A DNA stretch of 63,430 nucleotides, counting the filler, from Octopus bimaculoides (Eukaryota), in assembly GCF_001194135.2 (NCBI RefSeq). It is 7 parts of 6 records of this genome, joined end to end, with 100 filler letters (N's around TTAATTAATTAA, not from the genome) between each part and the next. Parts side by side here need not be neighbours in the genome. Positions count along the whole stretch, not along the records: positions 16,577 to 30,409 come from NC_068986.1; positions 30,510 to 42,588 come from NW_026305634.1; 5 more parts are not named here. One strand, 5' to 3'. Position numbers and translations under genes: made by a program. Below, one piece after another: positions 24,505 to 36,437 of this stretch. Positions within the stretch are counted from its first letter, which is position 1, and each line of letters starts with the position of its first letter. The notes under the pieces were generated by a model, which saw only the letters and a list, made by a program, of their open reading frames with translations, was not told the origin of the DNA and ran no database searches.

Positions 24505-25085
24505 CTATTGTTTGCTGCACGCAAGCAAGCAAAAAAAACAACCAGTTATGCTCATGCAGAGACAGATCCAAATGTCCTTTGGACAATCAATGCATGACAA
24601 AGAATCTAATATACAAGTGCACAGTAAACACTAGAGGTGGCCCCTACATATATATCGGAGCATCGGCTGATATTTTCAAAAATTGATATTGTCACCACAT
24701 TTCCAGCTTTCAAAAAATCCTTAAACAGCATGTAACATTGTCTGTTGATTTTATCTGGAAGCTCAAGAAAGAGAAGGCAAAATATGACCTAACATGGCTG
24801 ATAATTAGACATGCGAGTCCCTACAACATGTTATCCCAGAAATGCCAGGTATGTTCCAAAGAGTCACTCTCAATATTGTTAACAAAGGAGTGCATTATAA
24901 ATAGATTTGTGGAACAATTATCCAAATGCCTACATGCAGCTAAACACACATTCACATACTAAAATCTTAACCATACCTAACTAATGTAAACCTAACACCC
25001 ACAACTCGGATTAATCCATCTGAGTTTAAAAGAACAATATCGGAATAACATGAATTTAGACATGTAAATTTACAATCTAGATGTG
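24505..25085 (+). mobile_element. Neptune-type PLE GIY-YIG endonuclease remnant and 3' region
   Basis: CSCRDRSKCPLDNQCMTKNLIYKCTV...YIYIGASADIFKN*YCHH...FIWKLK...KCQVCSKE...LSKCLH. ORFs 24471-24686 and 24738-24962 are the same frame, split by a single TGA. Confidence 0.9.
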
Positions 25086-25729
25086 TGTATATATATGTAT
25101 ATATATATATATATAAAAGATAATAAGAGTGAAAAAACTACAGAAGGCTTGTGTTACATGGTTAAAGTATATATTTAAATTATGTCAGAAAAATGTTATA
25201 AAATTCTTTTGGTATATAAACATTGTATTTTGGAGAAATAACCGGTTTCGTGTTGTCTTTTCAAATTTCTCTACTTCATTGTAACATGTGTTCACATATA
25301 CTGTTGTCTGGGGAGAGTCATTTTCTTATTGTGCCTTAAAATTTAACACACTCATCAGTAAAATTTCCACTTATTTTTATTTTTATTTTCCTAAAATTTT
25401 CGTTGCGTCTTGCAACCTTATCAATAGTCTTGACTGTCAAGNNNNNNNNNNNNNNNNNNNNNNNNNNNNNNNNNNNNNNNNNNNNNNNNNNNNNNNNNNN
25501 NNNNNNNNNNNNNNNNNNNNNNNNNNNNNNNNNNNNNNNNNNNNNNNNNNNNNNNNNNNNNNNNNNNNNNNNNNNNNNNNNNNNNNNNNNNNNNNNNNNN
25601 NNNNNNNNNNNNNNNNNNNNNNNNNNNNNNNNNNNNNNNNNNNNNNNNNNNNNNNNNNNNNNNNNNNNNNNNNNNNNNNNNNNNNNNNNNNNNNNNNNNN
25701 NNNNNNNNNNNNNNNNNNNNNNNNNNNNN

Positions 25730-25786
<57 letters not shown>

Positions 25787-26077
25787 GTGTATGTATATAT
25801 GTATGTATATGTATGCATGTGTGTAAATGCATGGACACAAAAATACTTGTCTAAATATTAATCTTCCTTTCACCTTCTACTTTCTTCTTTCTCTAAGCAG
25901 TTACAACAGCGAGAGCTGATTATGTCATTTTACCTAAACTGGAATGAATGTTTTCCATGCACATATTTGAATTTTTTGCGTTTCTATAATAGTTTTTGCT
26001 TTTATTCATTCTCAAACTGGATTGGCATTTAACAAGCCAGCCAACACAAAAATCTCCAGTGAGACTTCTTTATTAAG

Positions 26078-26120
26078 GCACCTGAAGAGACCCAAACTGA
26101 TGGGTCAAAACATGTTGTAC
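26078..26120 (+). ncRNA. Hammerhead-like motif (G12 substituted)
   Basis: GCAC-CUGAAGA-GACCC-AAACUGAU-GGGUC-AAAAC-AU-GUU-GUAC. Perfect 5-bp stem II and stem I 3/4 paired. Confidence 0.5.
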
Positions 26121-26370
26121 ATAAAAAATGCCTAATACAAAATCCATCTCCTGCTAATAATTAATACCTTTTCCCTAACTGTCACTGCAAAGTTCCTAAA
26201 GTAAATCTAACGAGAGTGTACCACAACTATGGACGACAACAGGTAGACTAAACAGTACTGTTGCTGTACTCAATATTTAAACACACTAATCTAATTATAC
26301 ATATTTGTCTAAATTTTCTATTATTATATATATATATAATATGTATATATATATATAATATATATATGTA

Positions 26371-26594
26371 TATATAGTTATAGGCAAAAGAACCAAGATT
26401 CATGAACTCATCGATGAAAATCCACTGTCACATATAGAAAAATTAATAAGTAAAAACACAATAAATAAGTATAATATAATACAAAGTAAATATCATAAGA
26501 TAAAAATAATAAAACGACTACATGTGTTTCATAACCAATTTTATGACAGTGGATTTTCATTGATGAGTTCATGAACCTTGGTTCTTTTCCCTAA

Positions 26595-26603
<9 letters not shown>
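26371..26603. mobile_element. Foldback/MITE with 60-bp terminal inverted repeats
   Basis: Arms 26371-26430 and 26544-26603 differ at 4 of 60 positions. Flanked by (TA)n. Confidence 0.8.
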
Positions 26604-26645
<42 letters not shown>

Positions 26646-27099
26646 ATACTGTAAAACATAATTTAATTTTAATTTTTAATAAATTGATTTTAATTGAGTT
26701 TTTACCTGTAATTCTGGATTTTTATCCCTAATATTATTATATATATGGTATATATGGTAGGCAGTGTATTGGTGTAACTATTTGTGATTGACAGTGAAAT
26801 AGCATAAGAAAGTAAACAAGAAAAGAAAAATGTGCTTCTGGGTTTATAATTTTTCATCAGACAGGTTTATTTTTGTTCATCTTTATTGCTTAGAGATATT
26901 AACTATGTACCTCCATTAGATCCAATTCTCCCTCATGTTTCCAAATAAAAAAGAGCCTCTACAATTTAGTGGTTTTCAACATCTTTGTGGCTAGCTAGTA
27001 CCCCTGTTTATATTTCTTTCATATGTTACTCATGGCTGAATAATACAGTGGGTATCACTGCTTCATAAAAATGTTCATATCTTCAAATGTGTAACTGCT

Positions 27100-28100
27100 A
27101 CTTCGTTAACCTTAAATACATCTCTCTACATTGACAAAGAAATTTATAAACAATGCTTTTATACATATTGACAGGATGATGTTTGATGATTCATTCTCTG
27201 ATCTGATTTGACTTTGCAGCATGTTTCTTGTATATTGTTTTCACTATATGACAAATATTGTTTTAGATTTATAGCTGCACCTTGTTATTCTGACAGAATG
27301 CCCAAACTGTCTTTGGCAGTTTCTTTATGAATTTTACCTCTACTTGCTGTAGTAGGCTTACATAACCTAATTCTTGAGTTTATGATTATTTCTCTCTCTT
27401 TTACAATTCCTCTCTGTCATTTTTCAGACACTACTTAATGCTGTATCTGATGTCTGCATCAAGTGGTCTGTGTATTTATTTGTCTGTCCCTATGGTACTC
27501 ATTCATTTCACACAAAAAAGTGAACAGTACTTCTCTGAAGTTTTCCCAATGGAGTTTGCCTGTAGGCTTTGTTGCATCTGTTCATGCAGCATGCAAATTT
27601 GTTTGCTGCATGGTATCTCAAGCTTTGTGGATATATGAAATCTAGATTAAAAAAAAGGTTCCTTTCTACTTATTTCTCAGAGAATTGAATTTGTGATTTA
27701 CTCAAACAGGATAGATACAGTAAATTCAGGCCAGAGTAGGGATCCATCTACAATCAGATATTTAATATCAAACTTGATTCTGTTGAGGAGGATATTGATG
27801 GTCTCATGGATTTCCATAGCCATGTCAAAGAAATTGATTATGACAAGGTCATCACTCATGTACCGTATAGTATTCTTGTACCTTAGTAATTTAACAATTT
27901 ATTGTTCTCTGGCTGACAAGTTGGTGAGGGAATAGTTGGAACTCATATATCAATTATATGACTCTTGAAATGATTTGGTAAAGTTTGCCAATCTTTATGG
28001 TTTTGCAATAATTTTTCTGTTGAAATATTGTAGTTCTTTATTTTTCTTATTTTGTTATTATTATATCTAATGATGGTGTTGTAAGACCTCCAAGAATTTA
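27100..28100 (-). mobile_element. Highly decayed PLE RT and GIY-YIG remnant
   Basis: Reverse translation YMSDDLVIIN...IHETIN...IKFDIKY...DGSL resembles the YxDD region of Penelope RT. Weak GIY-YIG-like residues near 27200. Confidence 0.45.
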
Positions 28101-28189
28101 TAAGAATCTGTAGATATTTTAGGAATTGCACAGTTAAGTCATACAGTTTACACCCCTTTAACAAACAGATTTGTCAGCAGATGCTTACC

Positions 28190-29037
28190 CATTTATCCAT
28201 ATGTTCACAACAAGTTTTGAAACATGAATACCTGGCCTGTGCTGTATTTCTACACAGACTAATATGCCAAATAAAAATACAATCTCAGATCTTAACCAGA
28301 CACACAGATGACATGAAACTCTGCATTGTAGAAGCACCCACAGGAACCTTGGATCCCTGAACTACAGAGGCAGCATAAACCCACCCTTAACTGCAGGGAA
28401 GAATTGAGCATGTGAAAACATATGTTTAATACCAGTTGACAGTAAAGATATACACAGATATCCCAAAAGTAAATGGACACCATCATTTTTGAAAGATTTA
28501 TTTCTCCTTTCTTGTTTGGATATTTGCTGGTTGATGGAGAGATTTCAACTTAGCTGTTCTACTATAATAGTAGCCAAGTTGAAGGAGATACCTCACAGAA
28601 GTATTGCAAAACTTATTTGGAGTTGCTCTGCAACATCATTTGCTTTTCAACAGAAATTTATTTCAACAATCCACTTGATAGCCCAAAGACACATGTCAGA
28701 GAACTCAAGTCAACTTGAGTGGAATGTTATTGATTCCATTCCTTTGTTGGCAAATTGTACAATCATTCTGTTGACTGTGGAAAGAGGAATCCCAAAGTTT
28801 TGTGCAATCTTACACTGGCTAAGTCCACCCTCAGATTGACCCAATATACGCACTCATTGAAAATCAGACAACTCTTTTGCTTCTGGTGTTTGCCGCATGG
28901 TTAGTTGCTATAAACAGTTAGTATAATGTATTCTAAAATGAAAATAATAATACATTAATAAGTTTGGAGCACCAGATAGTGTCTGCACAGATAAAATCAT
29001 ATGACGAGGGGTGCATATTATCTTTTGAGATGTTGTA
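28190..29037 (-). mobile_element. Tc1-family transposon remnant (left TIR and broken transposase)
   Basis: From ATG 28898: [43 protein letters not shown], later VRYLLQLGY. Terminus TACAACATCTCAAAAGATAATATGCACC at 29037. Right TIR not found. Confidence 0.75.
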
Positions 29038-29313
29038 ATATTACCACATGTCCAACCTTCAGTTTATCAATTTATCAACAAAGAAAAAGTAAAAATGAAA
29101 TTGTCTCTTGGTTGAACAATAAATCTTAAACCACATCAAGGCTTCCAATCAATGATTATGTGTAATGTTAATTGATTTCTTTTGTTGTGTTGTCTTGTTA
29201 TGTTATTTCCTGTCAATCACACATAACTGCACCCACATACTGCCTAGTGTAAACATGTTGCTCAGAATACAGCTAGGCATTAGGTGTGTATGTGTGTATG
29301 TGTGTGTGTGTGC

Positions 29314-29367
<54 letters not shown>

Positions 29368-29656
29368 ATGCTTACATTGTTTTAAAACTGATGACACTTA
29401 TGTCCATGACTTAGTGGTTCAACGGACAGAGCTCAGTTGAATACCTGACTGTAATAAGTATCAGAGTGGCTATGATCAACAAAACCCTTGAAGGCAGTGA
29501 CTCTTGCATGGCTATGTCCAATGACTAAAACCAGAAAAATAACTAAAGAATACTAACTGTGCTATGAGTTGAACATTGCTATGGTCATTATTGTTTTGGA
29601 CAGAACATTTTATTCTACATTATTTCAGCACAATTAGCTTTCATTGAACTTTCAAG

Positions 29657-29706
29657 GGATCACACATTATCATCATCATTAAAAGGATGATGATAATGTG
29701 TGATCC
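29657..29706. repeat. Perfect 21-bp inverted repeat with 8-nt loop
   Basis: GGATCACACATTATCATCATC / ATTAAAAG / GATGATGATAATGTGTGATCC. Confidence 0.95.
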
Positions 29707-29972
29707 ACTTTTCCAATCTTGCATAGGTCAGATAGAATTTGTTGTGGCAATTTTTTTATAGCCAGTTACCCTTCTTGTTGCCAACCCTCAACTGTTTCCA
29801 AGCAAGGTAATATTTCCCCAAAGCTAGAAATATTTTCACAGAAGACTGACATAAATAGCACTACTTGTAGAACAGTGACACTTGTTTACAGCTGTCGCCC
29901 AACTGTCAAGACACAAGACTCTAATACACTCACATACAACCATACATGCATACATATATACATATATTACAT

Positions 29973-30028
<56 letters not shown>

Positions 30029-30044
30029 ATGTGCATGGAAATAA

Positions 30045-30210
30045 ATGATGGGTTTCTTTCAGTTTCCATCTAACAAGTCCCCTCACAAAACTTTAGTTGG
30101 CATAGAGCTATAGTAGAAGATATTTGCCCAAGGTGCTGCACAGCAGGATTGAACCCCAATGCATATAGTTGGGAAGCAAACTTCATAGTCATATAGCCAT
30201 TCCTGCACCT
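30045..30210 (-). mobile_element. SINE family B head, diverged
   Basis: CTATAGTAGAAGATATTTGCCCAAGGTGCTGCACAGCAGGATTGAACCC. Confidence 0.7.
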
Positions 30211-30231
30211 ATATATATGTTGTTAATATTG

Positions 30232-30409
30232 TACAGTAATCCCTCAACTATATGTTCCAAAACACCACCATGATAGGAGAAAATCCACAAAGTGGAAACA
30301 GTACTGTACTGTATATTTTTTAAAATATTTCTATTATTTGTATATATTTATTTTATTATAAATGCAAAACAACACCACAGAGAAATCGATGTAAGCTTAA
30401 ATAATAAAC
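30232..30409 (+). mobile_element. pogo/Tigger-like terminus truncated by a join
   Basis: TA + CAGTAATCCCTCAACTAT, a Tigger-like terminal sequence. Confidence 0.45.
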
Positions 30410-30509
30410 NNNNNNNNNNNNNNNNNNNNNNNNNNNNNNNNNNNNNNNNNNNNTTAATTAATTAANNNNNNNNNNNNNNNNNNNNNNNNNNNNNNNNNNN
30501 NNNNNNNNN
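30410..30509. other. Artificial scaffold-join spacer
   Basis: 44 N + TTAATTAATTAA (30454-30465) + 44 N. Confidence 0.95.
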
Positions 30510-30871
30510 TACATATATATATGTACACAAACACATGCATATGCATACATACACACACATGCCTACATATACACATATACTTCCTTCTCCCTCACATACA
30601 AATACACACATGCATGCATGCATCAGTGTTCTTGTGATGTATTAAAAGTGGTAAAACATCTGTTTTTATATGAAACACTGTTCTCAAAAGATAATTAGCA
30701 AAGGAGAAATAAAAAAAATTTAAAAAAAGAAGCGAAATGTTCCACAAATAACCAGAGTAAAACCAATTTGTTTATTTCCAAAAATATTTTATGAATTACA
30801 GCTTTACTGTCTTGTGATTTAAGTATTTTCGGAAAACTTTCCAATTTTTGAATCCTTTTAACAACTGCATC

Positions 30872-30916
<45 letters not shown>

Positions 30917-31050
30917 CATATATATAATTAACATAATAGGGTAAAAATTTGCGCCCGCCTGTTTTTGCTTCGCTGAATTTTACTTTGAGAACTTTTAAGT
31001 GATCTTCTTCTAGCACATTACCAGTCCACTTAGTGGTCTCTTTTATATAT

Positions 31051-31092
<42 letters not shown>

Positions 31093-31429
31093 GATGGGCT
31101 CTCCCATTGAAGACGATGCATGGGCATTCCAAATGATCTGTACAAATGATTTGTTTATAGGGGTCAAATGTATGTGCCACACATCAGCAGGTCACCATCA
31201 AATCGATGTGTACCACATGTCAGGTGTCGAAGTGATCACAAAGCAATGCGAGATTAAGCGTTCTGCTCGAGAACACTATGCACCACTCAGTCTGGGAATC
31301 GAAATCACAATGGCTAGATCATGACTGCAATACCCTAACCACTAGGCCCTGCACCCTCACATAAACATACATACATATATATATGTGTGTGTGTATGTAT
31401 GTGTATATATATGTGTGTGTGTGCGTGTG

Positions 31430-31492
<63 letters not shown>

Positions 31493-31493
31493 T

Positions 31494-31528
31494 GTTTCCG
31501 ACGAAGAGCTTCGCTCGAAACATCATAC
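31494..31528 (+). ncRNA. Degenerate minimal hammerhead-like motif
   Basis: CCGACGA-A-GAGC-UUC-GCUC-GAAAC-AUC. Perfect 4-bp stem II, U4 replaced by C. Confidence 0.5.
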
Positions 31529-31647
31529 TCTCTCTCTTTCCTTTCCTGAGTGTCTATTAACATAATCTGTATCACGTCCTCACGTTGTTTTTTGTTGTTG
31601 TTTTCTTGTCTTTTTCCTTTTTTGAACTTATATATATATATATATAC

Positions 31648-31786
31648 ATGTAAATATATAAAAACAAAAAGATAAAGAGAGCAAAGGTAAGGTCGGAGAA
31701 GTATTTTATGGATAGAGTCTATCCATAAAATACTTCTCCAACCTTACCTTTGCTCTCTTTATCTTTTTGTTTTTATATATTTACAT
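31648..31786. repeat. Near-perfect 139-bp palindrome
   Basis: 69-bp arms around a single G at 31717, with one mismatch (GGTCGG vs CCAACC). Confidence 0.95.
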
Positions 31787-32261
31787 ATACACACGCTAAT
31801 ACACGACTTATAATACCCAATCCTGTTCATACAACGACCGGGGCAAACTAGTCGGTATACAGCACTTACTCGGTATTACCTGTATCCTCCTGGGTTTGGT
31901 TAAATCCAATACCCTCTTCAACCTTATATATATATATATATATATACCCCCACACACACATAGTTCGCTTAGGCATTGCAAAACCAATAACCTGGTGTAG
32001 AGCTCAATATACATATGTTTCAGAATGAAGCATTGGCTGAGTATTGAGTGATAATAAGAAAAAGAGATGTCAAAGGAACAAATGATTATCTTATGGACTT
32101 CCGTAGCTTACATCTGTTTCTGCTAAAAGATGCAATGGACTTATACTTGAGTGCCTGAGTAACATATAGCTTCATCAGAGCCTGCATATTACAGCAGAAA
32201 CAGCTGTAAGCTAATGAGGTTCATAAGATAATCATTTATAGCTTTGTCAACTCCTTTCTTC

Positions 32262-32310
<49 letters not shown>

Positions 32311-32464
32311 CGTTCTGTTGTCTGTAAACAAAGTCCGTTTTGTTTTTATGTCCCCGTTCATTTTTCTAACGTCCTGTACCCGGATATGCATCTATATATA
32401 CATGTAGATGTAGGTATGTACATATATGTATGTATACATGCATATGCTTATATATCATTTGTAT

Positions 32465-32509
<45 letters not shown>

Positions 32510-32749
32510 TATATACATATCATTTCATATCATATTTGATGGCATATAAGACACACTATAAAATATGTTGTCTCAAAAAGTCATCCTAGGTCCTATACAT
32601 GAAGTTGTTTTAAAAATTACATGCTTTCATAAACTAGAAATCTTTCTTTGTCCTGAATAGTATGTGCTACTGAAACTGTATGTCTAATATGCCCATATGT
32701 CTCTTACACCAACAAATACATATCCAAATCCACATATGTAAATATATAC

Positions 32750-33520
32750 ATGATAGCCGTCCACTCGTGACCGAGGAAGACCATTGCTGACCTTTAGGAA
32801 CATTGTGCGTTCTAGGAATAACTTATATTTTGCATTTACAGCTCCGTTGGTGGCTAATGAGCCCTGGTCTTGACAAGCATACATGACTGCAAACATTGCA
32901 AACCAAGCTTTCCCCATTCACTACAGTAGTAGTGTGATTTCGAGAGGCACCCTTAAATTCTTCATGCAGAATATATGTTCTCTCAAAAGTGTCATCCCTC
33001 TCCTTAACCTGCTTCCTCCATCTGTGGTGATGATAGGCATATCACAAGCCTTTAATGAGGACTTGACACAGTCCTTAAATTGCAGCCTCAGTTTCTGCCA
33101 GGGTCTCTTTCCACTAACAAGTTTCCCATATAGCATCTGTTTAGGGATCCTGTTATCCTTCATTCTAATAAGGTGTCCATTCCAACGTAACCGGTGCTTG
33201 TGCACCATCACCTCAATACTCAAGATATCAGATTTCCTCAGGACCTGTGTGTCTGGAGTTTTTAAGGTCCAGCCAACATTCAGAATGTGTCTCAGACATC
33301 TCTGCTGAAAGCATTCAAGGACCCTTACATGAATTTTATAAAGGGTCCATGTCTCACATGAGTAAAGGAGTGATGTCAGTACACATGCACAGTACACAGC
33401 AGTTATTGTTTGCCTTTGAATTTTCCACTCTCACAGTGAGTCCTCTGTACACTTTTTATTTAATTTTACTAAATCATACAAATCTTGCAGAAGCAGTCTT
33501 CCACCAGTGTCTTTGGTCTC
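32750..33520 (-). mobile_element. RTE (BovB-like) LINE 3' fragment
   Basis: CVLTSLLYSCETWTLY...LECFQQRCLRHIL...HRLRWNGHLIRMKDNRIPKQMLYGKL, followed by the C-terminal zinc finger CNVCSHVCLSRPGLISHQRSC. Confidence 0.92.
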
Positions 33521-34713
33521 TGATCATGTATGTGTATATGCATATATATATATATAAGAGAGAGGGAGAGGTAGGGGAGACAATGATGCAAATAAACAAA
33601 TAAAACTGCTTGGGTTTGATATACAAAATATATATACATGTATATATATATATATATTTTGTATATCAAACACAAACAGTTTTATTTGTTTATTCACATA
33701 ATTGTCTCCATATCTGCTCACCTGGATTCCTCTTATAGCCACTCTTTACCCTGTCGACTTGGTCCTCAGTAAAGATTTCGGAGTATAAGTTCAGATCATT
33801 TGGGCTTTACTAAGTGTTTTCTATATTGAGAATCTCTGGATCTCATCTGTTGATTTTCTGTATATATTTGTGTTGTGTATGCACACGTGTATGTCTAGTA
33901 TAGTAAATGTTATTGTGAGAGTTGACTATATTTCATTACTTCAAGTTTCTCACTGGAGAGGCATTTGTTAATTGGCATATTAACAAAGAACTTATGCAAG
34001 GTAATGCAAAAGTTCTTTGTTGATTAGTCATCTGATGAATGCCCATCCAGTGCAGTAAGTGAAACACAAATTTAATAATCATACAATCATTTACATTTAT
34101 TTATATATACATATATATTTCGAAACAACTGGCACTGATTTACTACTCAGAGTTTCTGCCATATGCCGTGAGACAAAGAATGAAGATATATCTAATATCT
34201 ATCACCACCTTTCTCCCTTTTGATCTATGTGTGTGCGTGTGTGTGTGTGTGTGTGTGTACAAAGTGCTTTTTATATTTTACTTTGGACAATCCTTTTTTT
34301 CAATTAAATAGTTTTTTTTTCAATATTTATGTGTAGAGATATTTGTGCAGATGTAAAAATTAAATATTTTTACCCCACCCCCTAATTTTACAGATATAAT
34401 TAAATTCCATAAGGAAGTTTGTTTTACTGAATATAATAAGAGCAACAAAAAATAAAATAAAAACAATATCCCTAAAAAATCACAACCCATGATCAATTAG
34501 ATTGAATGGAGTTTTTTTTTTCCTTTTTTCATTTAACTTACAATAGTCTATGGTCTGATGATTAAGTCAACAACACCAAAAAACAAATAAATACATAAAT
34601 GATAATCCGAAATGAAGATATACTGATGTGCCATGAAGTAAAGCGGTTTCTACATTTTTGAGTATCACTTTTCATTATTTATGGACTAATGGTCACTCAA
34701 GTTCATGGAAAGA

Positions 34714-34749
34714 TATTCTGATGAAAGACTTGCTTTCGAAACGTCAAAA
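34714..34749 (+). ncRNA. Minimal hammerhead-like motif with intact core
   Basis: UAUU-CUGAUGA-AAGACUUGCUUUC-GAAAC-GUC-AAAA. Core, GAAAC and GUC triplet are canonical; stems I and II are imperfect. Confidence 0.5.
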
Positions 34750-35089
34750 CTTTCCTTTCTCTTTTTTTAAAGTGGTAAACTAATACAATGCTTACTAAAA
34801 CTCATCCCATCTGTGTTGTCTTTTTTTGTGCTCATTACATTCTTTACAGATATATATATATATGGATATATAGATATATATATATATGAATTATAAAATG
34901 CTGAAATATAATTAAAGGCTAGTTTTAACACAGCTACTGAAGGAATAAATACAGTCACGTTCAAAGTAATTTAAAAAAGCCAAAAAAGAAAAAAAAACAT
35001 CAGCATCTTATTAATTCCTGCAAAAAATAATTAAAGGGGGAATATATATGCATCAGTTTTGGAAGTAAGAATTCAGATAAGCATTATGA

Positions 35090-35127
<38 letters not shown>

Positions 35128-35441
35128 ATTTCTGTTTCCTTTCATTCATTTTTCCNNNNNNNNNNTTTTTTTTTTTTTTTTTTTTTTTTAGTTAAACATG
35201 CTTGCTAACATCAACCACTCAGTTATAAAGTGGGAGTTATAAAGTGGTTATTATACAGCCTAAGGTTGAATGAGATGTGTAAAGTGAATGATGAGAGAGA
35301 GAGAGTCTTGCCCCTCATCAAGGGGTGTGGAACAACACCAACAGTTTGAAACAACCAGCTGTAGAGACTCTGTGGACCCAAACCCATTAACCACTGAGTC
35401 CCTTCCAAAAAAAAATTCAATAATACAATATTCTTTAATAA

Positions 35442-35662
35442 CCCTTCAGCATTTAGATTACTCTGTCAAATATAATGCTTATATATTCATATTGTCCTTG
35501 AATTAATCATGCATTATCTCGTAGCTTTAAGATTTCAATGATTTCAGTGTTTGTTTTTAGAATGACATCATAGAGTAGGTGTGAAAGGCTGGATCTGGCC
35601 CATTTGAACATAAATCAAGAAGAATATTTGTGTTAGATATGAATACTTTAAATGCTAAAGGG
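35442..35662. mobile_element. piggyBac-type MITE
   Basis: ATAA-CCCTTCAGCATTTA ... TAAATGCTAAAGGG-TTAA. CCC/GGG termini with a TTAA-type TSD, the left one decayed. Confidence 0.75.
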
Positions 35663-35976
35663 TTAACTGCATTTTTTTTTTTTCAATTCTCTTTCTAATC
35701 CTGAGAATTTCTCAGAAATCAAAATATACTTGCATTAACACTAACAGAAGGCGGCTCGTAACAATTAACAATAAATAAGAATATCTCAACAGAAACCATA
35801 TCAAGAGCAATATGTTTAAACATGCCCCTATCCTAAACTCTCACCATCTTCTCTACTGCCACTTGTTTCCTGATGGAATGATTATCTACATATACTATTT
35901 AGGGGTATTAGCTATTTAGGGGTACACAACAATGAGTCACAGCCTACTACGAAATACATGTGTTGTGTGTTGTGTT

Positions 35977-36156
35977 CTAAACAGTATAGAACTGTGTGGC
36001 AGCAGCTGACTGGACCTCTGTTTGCCCAAGTTTGAATTGGATCCTCTTCAGCCAGTTCATCAGGATGGAGATGCTGGCAGATGCCTGTTCTTTGGTCTGG
36101 AGTGGTGGTTCCCAGTTTTGGCAAGCTTGCAGCCGTACCTGTAAATGAGCAGGAAG
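35977..36156 (-). CDS. Terminal coding exon of an unidentified host protein
   Basis: Acceptor TAATTTTCTTTTTCTAG|, then 59 codons LPAHLQVRLQACQNWEPPLQTKEQASASISILMNWLKRIQFKLGQTEVQSAAATQFYTV and TAG. GC-richer than the flanks and phase-compatible with the exon at 39454-39498. Confidence 0.75.
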   Translation of the reverse strand, partial: LPAHLQVRLQACQNWEPPLQTKEQASASISILMNWLKRIQFKLGQTEVQSAAATQFYTV

Positions 36157-36437
36157 CTAGAAAAAGAAAATTATACATTCATATAAATATATGTATATAT
36201 ATATATTTCGTTGTCATTTATGACTTTTATAAACTCCTTATCCTTTCCCCTTGTATATTACTATATATATTGTACAATGAATACATTCAGGAGCTTTTTT
36301 TAATGAGTACTACCAGATTATTTGAATTCATATAGTGTGACTTAAATTTTTATATATATATAAACCTACATACATAAATCTGTGTGTGAATACATGTTTG
36401 TGTATGTATGTATGTTTGTATATATATATATATATAT

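Noticed and set aside
35912-36178. 88-aa ORF MYNFLFLASCSF...
   Set aside because: It overlaps the real exon in another frame and starts inside the polypyrimidine tract. The spliced frame is better supported.
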